NCBI GenBank assembly: GCA_036498265.1
Contig: DASYFT010000005.1
Span: 13,832-77,831, forward strand
Direction: 5' to 3'
DNA length: 64,000 nucleotides
Source of the DNA: Solirubrobacteraceae bacterium
GTDB taxonomy: Bacteria > Actinomycetota > Thermoleophilia > Solirubrobacterales > Solirubrobacteraceae
Part shown: one piece after another, positions 45,989-54,418 of the stretch
Numbering within the stretch: the first letter of the stretch is position 1
Layout: every line of letters begins with the position of its first letter
Notes under the pieces: model-generated
What the model was told of the DNA's origin: nothing
Seen by the model: only the letters and a program-made list of their open reading frames with translations
The model's database searches: none
Made by a program: the position numbers and the translations under genes

Positions 45989-48718
45989 ATGTCCTCGGTT
46001 CCCTTCTCCGCCTCGCTCGCCCGCGACGAGGCCGTGCTCCGGTTCCCCTACGACGACGGGCTGCGCCGGCTGCTGCGCGCCATACCCGGCCGGCGGTGGG
46101 ACCCGGTCGAGCGCGCCTGGTGCGTTCCGCTCGAACCCGACCAGGCGGAGGCGCTCGCACACCTGCTGGCCGGCCTCCCGGACCGGCCGGATGTGAGCAG
46201 CGAGCTGGCTCGGCGGATCCGTCGCCGACGGCGCAGGCGCCGCCACGACGAGTGCCTCGTAGAGCTGGCGCGTCCTGATGAGGACTGGTGGCTGAGCTTT
46301 GCCACCGATTCCCAGCCCCGTGCCGTCGCCGCCCTCCTGGATCACCCGGGCGCGCGGCAGGTGCCCGAGATCGCCCGCGCCATGATTCCCGTGGACGAGC
46401 GCGCTGCGCACGTGCTCGAGGAGCTGCGCTCCGAGGGTGTCCGCGTGGTGCTCAGCCATGCCGCCCGCAGGGCGATCGAGTCGCACCTCGAGGGCGCTTC
46501 CCCGGGCGCGCGCGCCGGCGAGCGTGACGGCGCCTCGCCGGCATACGACGTCGAGTTCCGCCGCGACCGCCGCGGTGAGCACTGGATCCTCATCGGCGCA
46601 GCCGCGGCGCCGCTCGCACGTGTGCTGGCCGCGCAGGCAGGCCTGCGCGCACTCGGTGGGCCGGGGGGGACGCTCGGGCTTGCGGCGATCGAGCACGACG
46701 CGCACCAGCTCGACTCGCTGCTGGGCCAGCTCGAGGACACGTCGGTCGACCCTCGCGTCGCCGCCTGGCTTCACCGAGCGACCACCTGGCGCGGAAACAT
46801 CGAGGTCGACAGCGCCGGCGAGGAGCCCGCCTTCCTGCTGCTCGGCGAGGTCGACCGGCTGCCTCAGACGCTGCGGGAGCAGGCTGCCACCGTCCCGGGT
46901 GGCGCCGCGGTACCGCTGACAGTCGACAGCTGGCGGCACATCGACGGAGATCTCGACGCCTGGCTCAGCCCGGCGGCCAAGCGCTGCGTCGCGGCTCTGC
47001 TCGAGGGTAGGCCCGCGCCGCCGGCGGTGCTCGAACGCTCGGCGGTCCACGAGGAGCCCACGTTCGTGCTCGCACCGGGCCACCAGGCCGGCCTGCTCGA
47101 GGAGTTCGGAGGACTGCGCGGTGCGCTCCCGGCCGCGCCGAGACGCCGCGGCGGGCACGAGCACGCCGGGCTGCCGGCGATCCATGCCGATCCGTTCTGC
47201 GTGCCGCAGCTCGACTCGCTGCTGGCCGGTAGCGGGGTGTGGGTGGAGGGTGAGGCGCTTGCGCTCCTGCAGGAGATCCGCGAGGAGCACGCACGCGCCG
47301 CCGGCCTGGTCGCGCTCTCGGCGGCAACCGACGCCATGTTGTCGCTTCCGGCCCTCGGCGGCGAGCTCAAGCCGTTCCAACGCGCCGGCGTCCGCTATCT
47401 GCTGGCGCAGCGGCGCGCGTTCCTGGCTGACGAGCAGGGGCTCGGCAAGACGGTGGAGGCACTCGCAGCGATCGAGGCCGACGGCGCCTACCCGGCGCTC
47501 GTCGTCTGCCCCGCGAGCCTCAAGCTGAACTGGATGCGCGAGGTGGCGCGCTGGCTCCCCGGCCGCTCTGCGCGGGTGCTCGCGGGTAACGGGCGCGGCC
47601 AGCCGCTCGAGCCTGCGGAGATCACGATCGTCAACTACGACATCGTGGCGGGACGCCTGCAGGAGCTCGCGCGGCTCGAACCTCAGGCTCTCGTGCTGGA
47701 CGAGTCCCACCACTGCAAGAACCCTGAGGCGAAGCGCACCCAGGCGGTCCAGCGCCTCTCTGCGGTCGTCCCGCGAGAGGGGTTGGTGCTCGCGCTGACC
47801 GGCACACCGGTGATGAACCGCCCGGCAGAGCTCATCTCCCAGCTGCGGATCCTCGGGCGGCTGGAGGATTTCGGCTCGGGCGCTCGCTTCAGCCAGCGCT
47901 TCCGCGGTCCCGACGCCCATCTCCGCCTGCACTGGCACCTGCGAGCGCGCTGCTTCGCTCGCCGCCTCAAGTCCGACGTGCTGCCGCAACTGCCTGCGAA
48001 GACTCGCGCCGTCGTGCCGGTGGAGCTTGACAACGAGTCCGAGTATCGCTTGGCGGAGCGAGACCTCGTCGCCTGGCTGCAGACCCAGCCGCTCGACCTG
48101 CGCGAGCTCGATGCGAAGGTGGCGGCGGCACTGAGGGCCGAACGGCTGGTGCGCCTGAACGCCCTCAAGCTGCTGGCGGCGCGCGGAAAGCTGCACGCCG
48201 CCCTCACCTGGATCCACGACTTCTGCTCATCAGGGGAGCCGCTCGTCGTGTTCGCCCACCACCGCGAGATCCAGCGCGCACTGCTCGCGCGGTTCCCGGC
48301 GGCGCTGCACATCCTCGGCGAGGACGGGCACGCCGCCCGTGACGCGGCCGTGGAGGCGTTCCAGTCGGCCGACGCCGCCCAGGGCCAGGTGATCGTGTGC
48401 TCGATCGAGGTCGCCGGCCAGGGCCTGACGCTGACGCGTGCCTCGCACGTCGCCTTCCTTGAGCTCGACTGGACCCCCGCCAAGCACGACCAGGCGGAGG
48501 ACCGCTGCCATCGCATCGGACAGCGCGACGCGGTGAACGCGTCCTACCTGCTCGCGGCGGGAACCGTCGATGAGACCATCGCGATGCTGCTCGAGCGCAA
48601 GCGCGCGGTCATCGGAGCCGTCACCGATGGCCGGCGGGAGGACGAGGAGGGGGTTCTGGACGCGCTTGTGCGAGAGCTGCGCGACGCTCCCTACCGGCAT
48701 CTGCGCGCGGTCGCGTGA
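45989..48718 (+). CDS. SNF2-family ATPase with HARP-like N-terminal module
   Basis: ATG at 45989. LKPFQRAGVRYLLAQRRAFLADEQGLGKTVEALA, VLDESHHCKN, LTGTPVMNRPAELISQL and LDWTPAKHDQAEDRCHRIGQ. The N-terminus has LRFPYDDGLRRLLRAIPGRRWDPVERAWCVPL. Confidence 0.85.
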   Translation: MSSVPFSASLARDEAVLRFPYDDGLRRLLRAIPGRRWDPVERAWCVPLEPDQAEALAHLLAGLPDRPDVSSELARRIRRRRRRRRHDECLVELARPDEDWWLSFATDSQPRAVAALLDHPGARQVPEIARAMIPVDERAAHVLEELRSEGVRVVLSHAARRAIESHLEGASPGARAGERDGASPAYDVEFRRDRRGEHWILIGAAAAPLARVLAAQAGLRALGGPGGTLGLAAIEHDAHQLDSLLGQLEDTSVDPRVAAWLHRATTWRGNIEVDSAGEEPAFLLLGEVDRLPQTLREQAATVPGGAAVPLTVDSWRHIDGDLDAWLSPAAKRCVAALLEGRPAPPAVLERSAVHEEPTFVLAPGHQAGLLEEFGGLRGALPAAPRRRGGHEHAGLPAIHADPFCVPQLDSLLAGSGVWVEGEALALLQEIREEHARAAGLVALSAATDAMLSLPALGGELKPFQRAGVRYLLAQRRAFLADEQGLGKTVEALAAIEADGAYPALVVCPASLKLNWMREVARWLPGRSARVLAGNGRGQPLEPAEITIVNYDIVAGRLQELARLEPQALVLDESHHCKNPEAKRTQAVQRLSAVVPREGLVLALTGTPVMNRPAELISQLRILGRLEDFGSGARFSQRFRGPDAHLRLHWHLRARCFARRLKSDVLPQLPAKTRAVVPVELDNESEYRLAERDLVAWLQTQPLDLRELDAKVAAALRAERLVRLNALKLLAARGKLHAALTWIHDFCSSGEPLVVFAHHREIQRALLARFPAALHILGEDGHAARDAAVEAFQSADAAQGQVIVCSIEVAGQGLTLTRASHVAFLELDWTPAKHDQAEDRCHRIGQRDAVNASYLLAAGTVDETIAMLLERKRAVIGAVTDGRREDEEGVLDALVRELRDAPYRHLRAVA

Positions 48719-48881
48719 GCGTCCGGGGCAGCGGCGCCCGCCCGGCGCACTTTGCCCGATAATGTCCGCGGGCTGCCACACGACCTGAGTCCGTCGCAGC
48801 TCGCAACAGCAGAATCGCTCGGCGCCGCGCCGGCGGCGAGCCGAGGACTGGTCGCGTCCGCCGGCCGCCCGCCAAGCGCAC

Positions 48882-50768
48882 ATGAGAAGGAACGGGTACA
48901 TCATCCTCTTCATCGCGGTGCTCGCGTGGGTCGTCGTCGCCGTCGTGCTCGGTACCGGCGACCCCTCGGGAGCCCGGACGGCCGTGCCTCCGAGCGGCCC
49001 CTCGCCCGCCTGTCTGCCCGCGACGGTCGACCACAGCGCGGCGCTGGCGGGGACCCCCGTGAACGTCTCACCCGCGCCCGGGACGGGCACGGCGAGCCGT
49101 GGCACCCAGATCAGCTTCCGCGGCACGCCGGTCACGGACATCAAGGACGTCTCGGTGGAAGGCTCGCACAGCGGATACCACTACGGCCACCTGTCCGGCT
49201 ACTTCCAGGGCGATGGCGGCAGCTTCGTGCCCGACCAGCCGTTCGACGCCGGCGAGAGGGTCCTCGTCCGTGCCGTGATCGGCGCCCCCGGCTCCGAACG
49301 GCCGGCCTCGTTCAGCTTCGCCGTCGCGACCTCATATCCCACAACCGGGATCGCCGGATTTCCCAATCCGCCCGCTGCGCCGTCCGCCTACCAGAGCTTC
49401 GTCTCGGCCCCGGACCTGCACCCGCCGGTCCTCGACGTGACCGGGTCCGACGCGGACCCCGCGAGCGGCGACGTGATGATCACCGCGGGTCCGGGTCCGG
49501 GCCAGTACGGGCCCCTGATCTACACGCCGCAGGGACGGCTGGTGTGGTTCAAACCGCTTCCCGCCGGGACCAACGCGCTCAACCTGAGCGTCCAGAGCTA
49601 CGAAGGCCAGAGCGTGCTCACGTGGTGGCAGGGCCGTGTGCTGTCGGTCGGTTTCGGCCAGGGCGAAGACGTCGTGATGGACGCCAACTACCAGACGCTC
49701 GCGACCGTCCACGCCGGCAACGGCTATCAGGCCGACCTCCACGATCTGCAGCTGGTAGGCGACCACGTCGCCTACGTCACGGTCTACGACCCCATCCGCT
49801 GCGACCTGGCTCCCGTGGGGGGCGCTCGCAACGGCGTCGTCATCGACACGGTCGTGCAGGAGATCGACGTCAAGACGGGTCTCGTGCGCTCGGAGTGGCA
49901 CAGCCTCGACCACGTCGGTGTCAGCGAGTCGCACGTGCCGGTTCCCGGCAACGCCACGCCGTGGGACTGGTTTCACCTGAACTCGATCGACGTTCAGCCG
50001 GACGGGAACCTGCTGATCTCGGCCCGCAGCACCTGGGCCGCCTACGAGCTCCAGGCGGGCACCGGTCAGGTGCTCTGGCGCCTAGGAGGAACGCGCAGCA
50101 GCTTCACGATGGGTCCCGGCGCGGAAACCGCCTGGCAGCACGATGCGCGCCTGCAGCCGGACGGCACGGTCACGCTGTTCGACGACGGCTCGAACCCGCG
50201 GGTCCACTACCAGTCGCGCGGCGTGCGCCTGTCGCTCGACACGACCCACCACACAGCCCGCCTCCTCGCCTCCTACCCGCACCCCGGCGGTCCGCTCGTC
50301 TCGGACAGCCAGGGCAACATGCAGACGCTGCCGGACGGCAACCTCCTCGTGGGCTGGGGCTCGGTCCCGAGCATCACCGAGCTCGCTCCTGACGGGGCGC
50401 TCGTGTTCGACGCCCACATGCCGCCCGGCTACTCCTCCTACCGTGCCTACCGCTTCCCGTGGTCGGGTCATCCGCTGTCCTCTCCGAGCCTCAGCGCGCG
50501 GGTGCTCGCCACGGGGGACGCGACAGCGGTGTTCGCCAGCTGGAACGGTGCCACGGACGTCGCCTCCTGGCGGGTGCTCGCCGGGTCGGCACCGGGGTCG
50601 CTCGCGCCGCGGGTGACCATGCCCGACAGCGGCTTCGAGAGCTCGGTGACCTTCCCGGAGGCGTTTCCCTACGTCGCGGTCCAGGCGCTCGGATCCGCCG
50701 GGCAGCTGCTCGGGACCTCGTCGACCGTGGCGGTCCAGAAGCCCCCGGCACAACCCAAGGGCGGCTGA
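48882..50768 (+). CDS. arylsulfotransferase (ASST)-family beta-propeller protein, N-terminal TM anchor (paralog 1)
   Basis: YIILFIAVLAWVVVAVVLG anchor, TQISFRGTP, GYQADLHDLQL, WDWFHLNSIDVQPDGNLLISARSTWAAYEL, WRLGGTRSSF and YRAYRFPWSG. Confidence 0.8.
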   Translation: MRRNGYIILFIAVLAWVVVAVVLGTGDPSGARTAVPPSGPSPACLPATVDHSAALAGTPVNVSPAPGTGTASRGTQISFRGTPVTDIKDVSVEGSHSGYHYGHLSGYFQGDGGSFVPDQPFDAGERVLVRAVIGAPGSERPASFSFAVATSYPTTGIAGFPNPPAAPSAYQSFVSAPDLHPPVLDVTGSDADPASGDVMITAGPGPGQYGPLIYTPQGRLVWFKPLPAGTNALNLSVQSYEGQSVLTWWQGRVLSVGFGQGEDVVMDANYQTLATVHAGNGYQADLHDLQLVGDHVAYVTVYDPIRCDLAPVGGARNGVVIDTVVQEIDVKTGLVRSEWHSLDHVGVSESHVPVPGNATPWDWFHLNSIDVQPDGNLLISARSTWAAYELQAGTGQVLWRLGGTRSSFTMGPGAETAWQHDARLQPDGTVTLFDDGSNPRVHYQSRGVRLSLDTTHHTARLLASYPHPGGPLVSDSQGNMQTLPDGNLLVGWGSVPSITELAPDGALVFDAHMPPGYSSYRAYRFPWSGHPLSSPSLSARVLATGDATAVFASWNGATDVASWRVLAGSAPGSLAPRVTMPDSGFESSVTFPEAFPYVAVQALGSAGQLLGTSSTVAVQKPPAQPKGG

Positions 50769-50792
50769 CGTGAGCCCCGCCGGAGATGCCCG

Positions 50793-52604
50793 ATGAACGC
50801 CGCCGTGGCACGCCGCGCCGTGCGCCTCGCCCCGCCGCCGTCGGCCGGGCCGGACGAGGGCGGGAATCACGCCCTGCTGCTGACCGTCTGCTGCCTGGCG
50901 CAGTTCATGGTCATCCTCGATGTCTCGATCGTGAACGTCGCGCTGCCGTCGATCCACCGCAGCCTCGGCTTCTCTGCCGCGCAGCTGCAGTGGGTGGTCA
51001 ACGCCTACACGATCACGTTCGCCGGGTTCCTGATGCTGAGCGGGCGCGCGGCCGACCTGCTCGGCGGGCGCCGCACGTTCGTGACCGGCCTGCTGCTCTT
51101 CTCGCTGGCCTCGCTCGTGGGGGGGACGGCCGTTGACCGCCAGGTGCTGGTCGGCGCCCGCGCGCTGCAGGGGCTCGGCGGCGCGGTCATGGCGGCGTCG
51201 TCGCTGGCGATAATCACCTCGTCGTTCGCAGCGGGACCCGAGCGCCACCGCGCGATCGGCCTGTGGGGCGCGATGAACGGGGCGGGCGGCGCCACAGGCA
51301 CGCTCCTGGGCGGGATCATCACGCAGGAGCTCAGCTGGCGGTGGGTGCTGCTGATCAACCTGCCGATCGGCCTCGCCGGAGCGCTGGTTGCGCGCGCCGT
51401 GATCGCGGAGCGCCGGCGCGAGGAGCCGGCCGCCGGCTTCGATGTGGCCGGCGCGCTCGCCGTCACGCTCGGCCTGCTCGCTCTCGTCTACGGGATCGTC
51501 GAGGCAGGCTCCAAAGGCTGGGGCTCGTTCGCTGCACTCGGTCCGATCGGACTCGGCCTCGCGTTGCTCGGAGCCTTCGTGCTGATCGAGGGCCGGCTGG
51601 CGAAGGCGCCGCTGGTGCCGTTGCGCGTCTTCTCCAACCGGCTGCTGAGGGTCTCCAACCTCGTGGTGATCGTCTTCAGCGCCGCCCTCTTCCCGATGTG
51701 GTACTTCTGCTCGCTCTATCTCCAGGAAGTGCTCCACTTCGGCCCGCTGGATGCGGGCCTTGCGTTCCTGCCGATGGCGCTCACGATCATGGCGTGCGCA
51801 ACCCGGGCGGGCGCGCTCGTGGGCCGCTTCGGCCCGGGTCGACTGCTCGGTGCCGGCCTGGCCCTGATGGCGGTCGGGCTGGGCCTGTTCGGACGGGTCT
51901 CGGTCGGCGGCAGCTACGTCTCGGACTTCCTGCTTCCGAGCCTTCTCGTCGCAATCGGCATCGGGCTCTCCGTCGTGCCATCCACGATCGCGGCCACCGC
52001 CGCCGCGGCACCCGGCGAGGCCGGTCTGGCCTCGGGCCTGGTGAACACGTCCCGACAGATGGGCGGTGCGCTCGGTCTCGCGATCCTCGCCTCGCTGTCG
52101 GCCCTCTACACGAGCCACCTGATCGACGCTGACTACCGAGCGCCGATAGTGGCGCTGAACGACGGCTTCCGACTTGCGTTCTTCATCGCCGCGGGATTCG
52201 CTGCGATCGGCGCCTTCGTCGCCTTCCGGTTCATGGCGAGCCCCGTGCGCCCGGTCGCCGCAGGGCCGCCGCGTCCCGCGGCAGCACCGGCCGTCCACGA
52301 GCCGCCGGGGCCGGGTCCCGCTGCAGCGCCGGCCGTCGCGGAGCCGCCGGGGCCGGATCCCGCCGCAGCGGCGGCCGTCGCGGAGCCGCGCGGGTCGGAT
52401 CCCGAGGGCCCCTCGCCGCCCGCCGTGTTGCGGCGGGAGCGGTCGGAGCCGACCGCGCGACCGCCCCGCGAGCAACCGGCATCGCGTCCCGTGGCGACGG
52501 TCGTCCTGTCGATGCCCGGGGGGGCACGGTGGCCGCTCGCGGGCGCGGCAACCGTGCGCATCGCCGCCGACGACGGCGCCGGGGCGCGCAAGCCCGGCGG
52601 ATGA
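50793..52604 (+). CDS. MFS transporter (DHA2/EmrB-QacA type, about 14 TM) with Pro/Ala-rich repeat tail
   Basis: FMVILDVSIVNVALPSI, LSGRAADLLGGRR and many TM helices. Its stop overlaps the next gene start (ATGA). Confidence 0.85.
   Translation: MNAAVARRAVRLAPPPSAGPDEGGNHALLLTVCCLAQFMVILDVSIVNVALPSIHRSLGFSAAQLQWVVNAYTITFAGFLMLSGRAADLLGGRRTFVTGLLLFSLASLVGGTAVDRQVLVGARALQGLGGAVMAASSLAIITSSFAAGPERHRAIGLWGAMNGAGGATGTLLGGIITQELSWRWVLLINLPIGLAGALVARAVIAERRREEPAAGFDVAGALAVTLGLLALVYGIVEAGSKGWGSFAALGPIGLGLALLGAFVLIEGRLAKAPLVPLRVFSNRLLRVSNLVVIVFSAALFPMWYFCSLYLQEVLHFGPLDAGLAFLPMALTIMACATRAGALVGRFGPGRLLGAGLALMAVGLGLFGRVSVGGSYVSDFLLPSLLVAIGIGLSVVPSTIAATAAAAPGEAGLASGLVNTSRQMGGALGLAILASLSALYTSHLIDADYRAPIVALNDGFRLAFFIAAGFAAIGAFVAFRFMASPVRPVAAGPPRPAAAPAVHEPPGPGPAAAPAVAEPPGPDPAAAAAVAEPRGSDPEGPSPPAVLRRERSEPTARPPREQPASRPVATVVLSMPGGARWPLAGAATVRIAADDGAGARKPGG
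52275..52400 (+). repeat. 3 x 42-bp in-frame tandem repeat encoding PAAAPAV[H/A]EPPGPG-like units
   Basis: The units are 52275-52316, 52317-52358 and 52359-52400, read directly from the sequence. They lie in the C-terminal tail of the MFS gene. Confidence 0.85.
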
Positions 52605-54418
52605 GGGGGCTGCGCTCGCTGCTCCTCTGCGCCGGCCTGCTCGCGAGCTCAGGCGCCGTGGCCGCATGCGGCAGGGCCTCGCCCGCGCGCTCGGCGGTGC
52701 TGCCGCCACCGGCGTCCGTGGCGGCTTCGGCGGCGAACCCGGTCGCCGTCTCGCCGCTTCCCGGCACCGACGACGCTTCACCCGCGACGCAGATCAGCTT
52801 CCTCGGAGCCGCGGGCACGCGTGTCTCGCACGTCCGCGTGAGCGGCTCGCGAACCGGCGTTCACGCGGGGACGCTTCGCGCCTACTCGACCGGGACCGGC
52901 GACAGCTTCCTCCCGGCGACGCCGTTCGCGACCGGCGAGCGGGTCAGCGTTCGCGCGAACGTGCGGGTGGGCTCACGCGTGCGGGTGGCGAACACCACCT
53001 TCACGATCGCCGATCGGGCGACCGTCAGCCAGGCCGAGTTCCCGCTCACCGGTGGGGACCCTCGCGCGGTGCAGCACTACCGCTCGGCTCCCCAGCTGAC
53101 GCCGTCGACCGTCACCGTCACCACGCCGGCGCAGCCGGGGGCGGCCGAGGGATACCTGATGCTGGCCCCCTACCAGGGCGCCGGCTCGCCTGGCCCGATG
53201 ATCGCCGACCAGAGCGGAGGCCTCGTCTGGTTCGACCCGCTCGGCCGCGGCCTGCAGGCCACCAACCTCGCCGTGCAGCGTTACCTCGGCAAGCCCGTGC
53301 TGACCTGGTGGCAGGGACGGATCCTGCAGCTGGGCTTCGGTGTCGGCGAAGACCTCATCTACGACACCTCCTACCGGCGGATCGCGCGGGTGCGGGCCGG
53401 CAACGGCTATTCCGCGGACCTGCACGAGATCCGGATCACCGGGCAGGGGACGGCGTGGATAGACGCCTTCGACCCGATTCGGATGAACCTGCCCCGGGCG
53501 CACGGCTCCGCGCAGGGGTTGCTGTCCGACTCGATCGTGCAGGAGATCGACATCCGGACGGGCCTGGTGATGTGGGAGTGGCACGCGCTCGGACACATCC
53601 CGTTCGCGGAATCCAACAACCCGGCACCCCCCGCCAGCTATCCCTGGGACTACGCCCACGTCAACTCCATCGATCCGGGTCCGGCCGGCGACGTGCTGCT
53701 GTCGGCCCGCAACACATGGGCGCTGTACGACGTGGACATCCACAGCGGCGGCGTGCGCTGGCGCCTCGGTGGGTCTGGCAGCAGCTTCCGGCAGGGACCC
53801 GGCGCGAGCTTCTACTGGCAGCACGACGCCGAGTTCCAGCCCGGCGGGCTCATCTCGCTGTTCGACAACGGGTCGGACCCCCCGAAGGAGAAGCAGTCCC
53901 GCGGCCTGCTGCTCGCTCCGGATCCAGCCACCCACACCGTCACGCTCGCCCGGCAGTTCGCCAACCCGTCGCGGACGCTGCTCGCCGAAAGCCAGGGCAA
54001 TGCCTACAGCCTGCCGCACGGCAGCTGGCTGCTCGGCTACGGGAGGCTGCCGAACTTCACGGAGTTCGACGCCTCCGGCCGGGTCCTGCTCGACGGTTCC
54101 CTCGGTCGCGGAGTCCAGAGCTTCAAGACCACGCTCGCGCCCTGGCACGCCCGCCCTGCGACGCCGCCCTCTCTCGTGGTGAGCCGCGGCTCGGCCGGCG
54201 CGCTGACTGCGAAGGTCAGCTGGAACGGCGCCACGGACGTCACCTCCTGGCGGCTTCTGGCCGGCGCCTCGCCGGGCGCCCTGGCCCCGGTCGCCACCGC
54301 GGCGCGCCAAGGCTTCGAGACGACCGTCTCGGCATCCGCGCGCGGTGCCTACGTCGCCGTCCAGGCACTCGACGGCGCGGGCGATGTCATCGGCGTCTCC
54401 CCGGCGCTCCGGACTTAG
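52601..54418 (+). CDS. ASST-family beta-propeller protein, predicted lipoprotein (paralog 2)
   Basis: MRGLRSLLLCAGLLASSGAVAAC lipobox-like signal, TQISFLGAAG, GYSADLHEIRI, WDYAHVNSIDPGPAGDVLLSARNTWALYDV and WRLGGSGSSF. Confidence 0.8.
   Translation: MRGLRSLLLCAGLLASSGAVAACGRASPARSAVLPPPASVAASAANPVAVSPLPGTDDASPATQISFLGAAGTRVSHVRVSGSRTGVHAGTLRAYSTGTGDSFLPATPFATGERVSVRANVRVGSRVRVANTTFTIADRATVSQAEFPLTGGDPRAVQHYRSAPQLTPSTVTVTTPAQPGAAEGYLMLAPYQGAGSPGPMIADQSGGLVWFDPLGRGLQATNLAVQRYLGKPVLTWWQGRILQLGFGVGEDLIYDTSYRRIARVRAGNGYSADLHEIRITGQGTAWIDAFDPIRMNLPRAHGSAQGLLSDSIVQEIDIRTGLVMWEWHALGHIPFAESNNPAPPASYPWDYAHVNSIDPGPAGDVLLSARNTWALYDVDIHSGGVRWRLGGSGSSFRQGPGASFYWQHDAEFQPGGLISLFDNGSDPPKEKQSRGLLLAPDPATHTVTLARQFANPSRTLLAESQGNAYSLPHGSWLLGYGRLPNFTEFDASGRVLLDGSLGRGVQSFKTTLAPWHARPATPPSLVVSRGSAGALTAKVSWNGATDVTSWRLLAGASPGALAPVATAARQGFETTVSASARGAYVAVQALDGAGDVIGVSPALRT

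Noticed and set aside
50082-52781. An 899-aa minus-strand ORF, and similar long ORFs at 21502..23733(-), 45869..48217(-), 12985..15231(+), 4306..5526(-), 54948..56420(+), 59344..60879(-) and 32216..33433(-).
   Set aside because: Each lies antisense to a gene with clear family motifs (MFS, RecQ, SNF2, NrdJ, sulfatase, GH76, PAS-GAF). Their translations are Arg/Ala/Gly/Pro-rich with no motifs. Stop-codon-poor antisense frames like these are typical of DNA with about 70% G+C.
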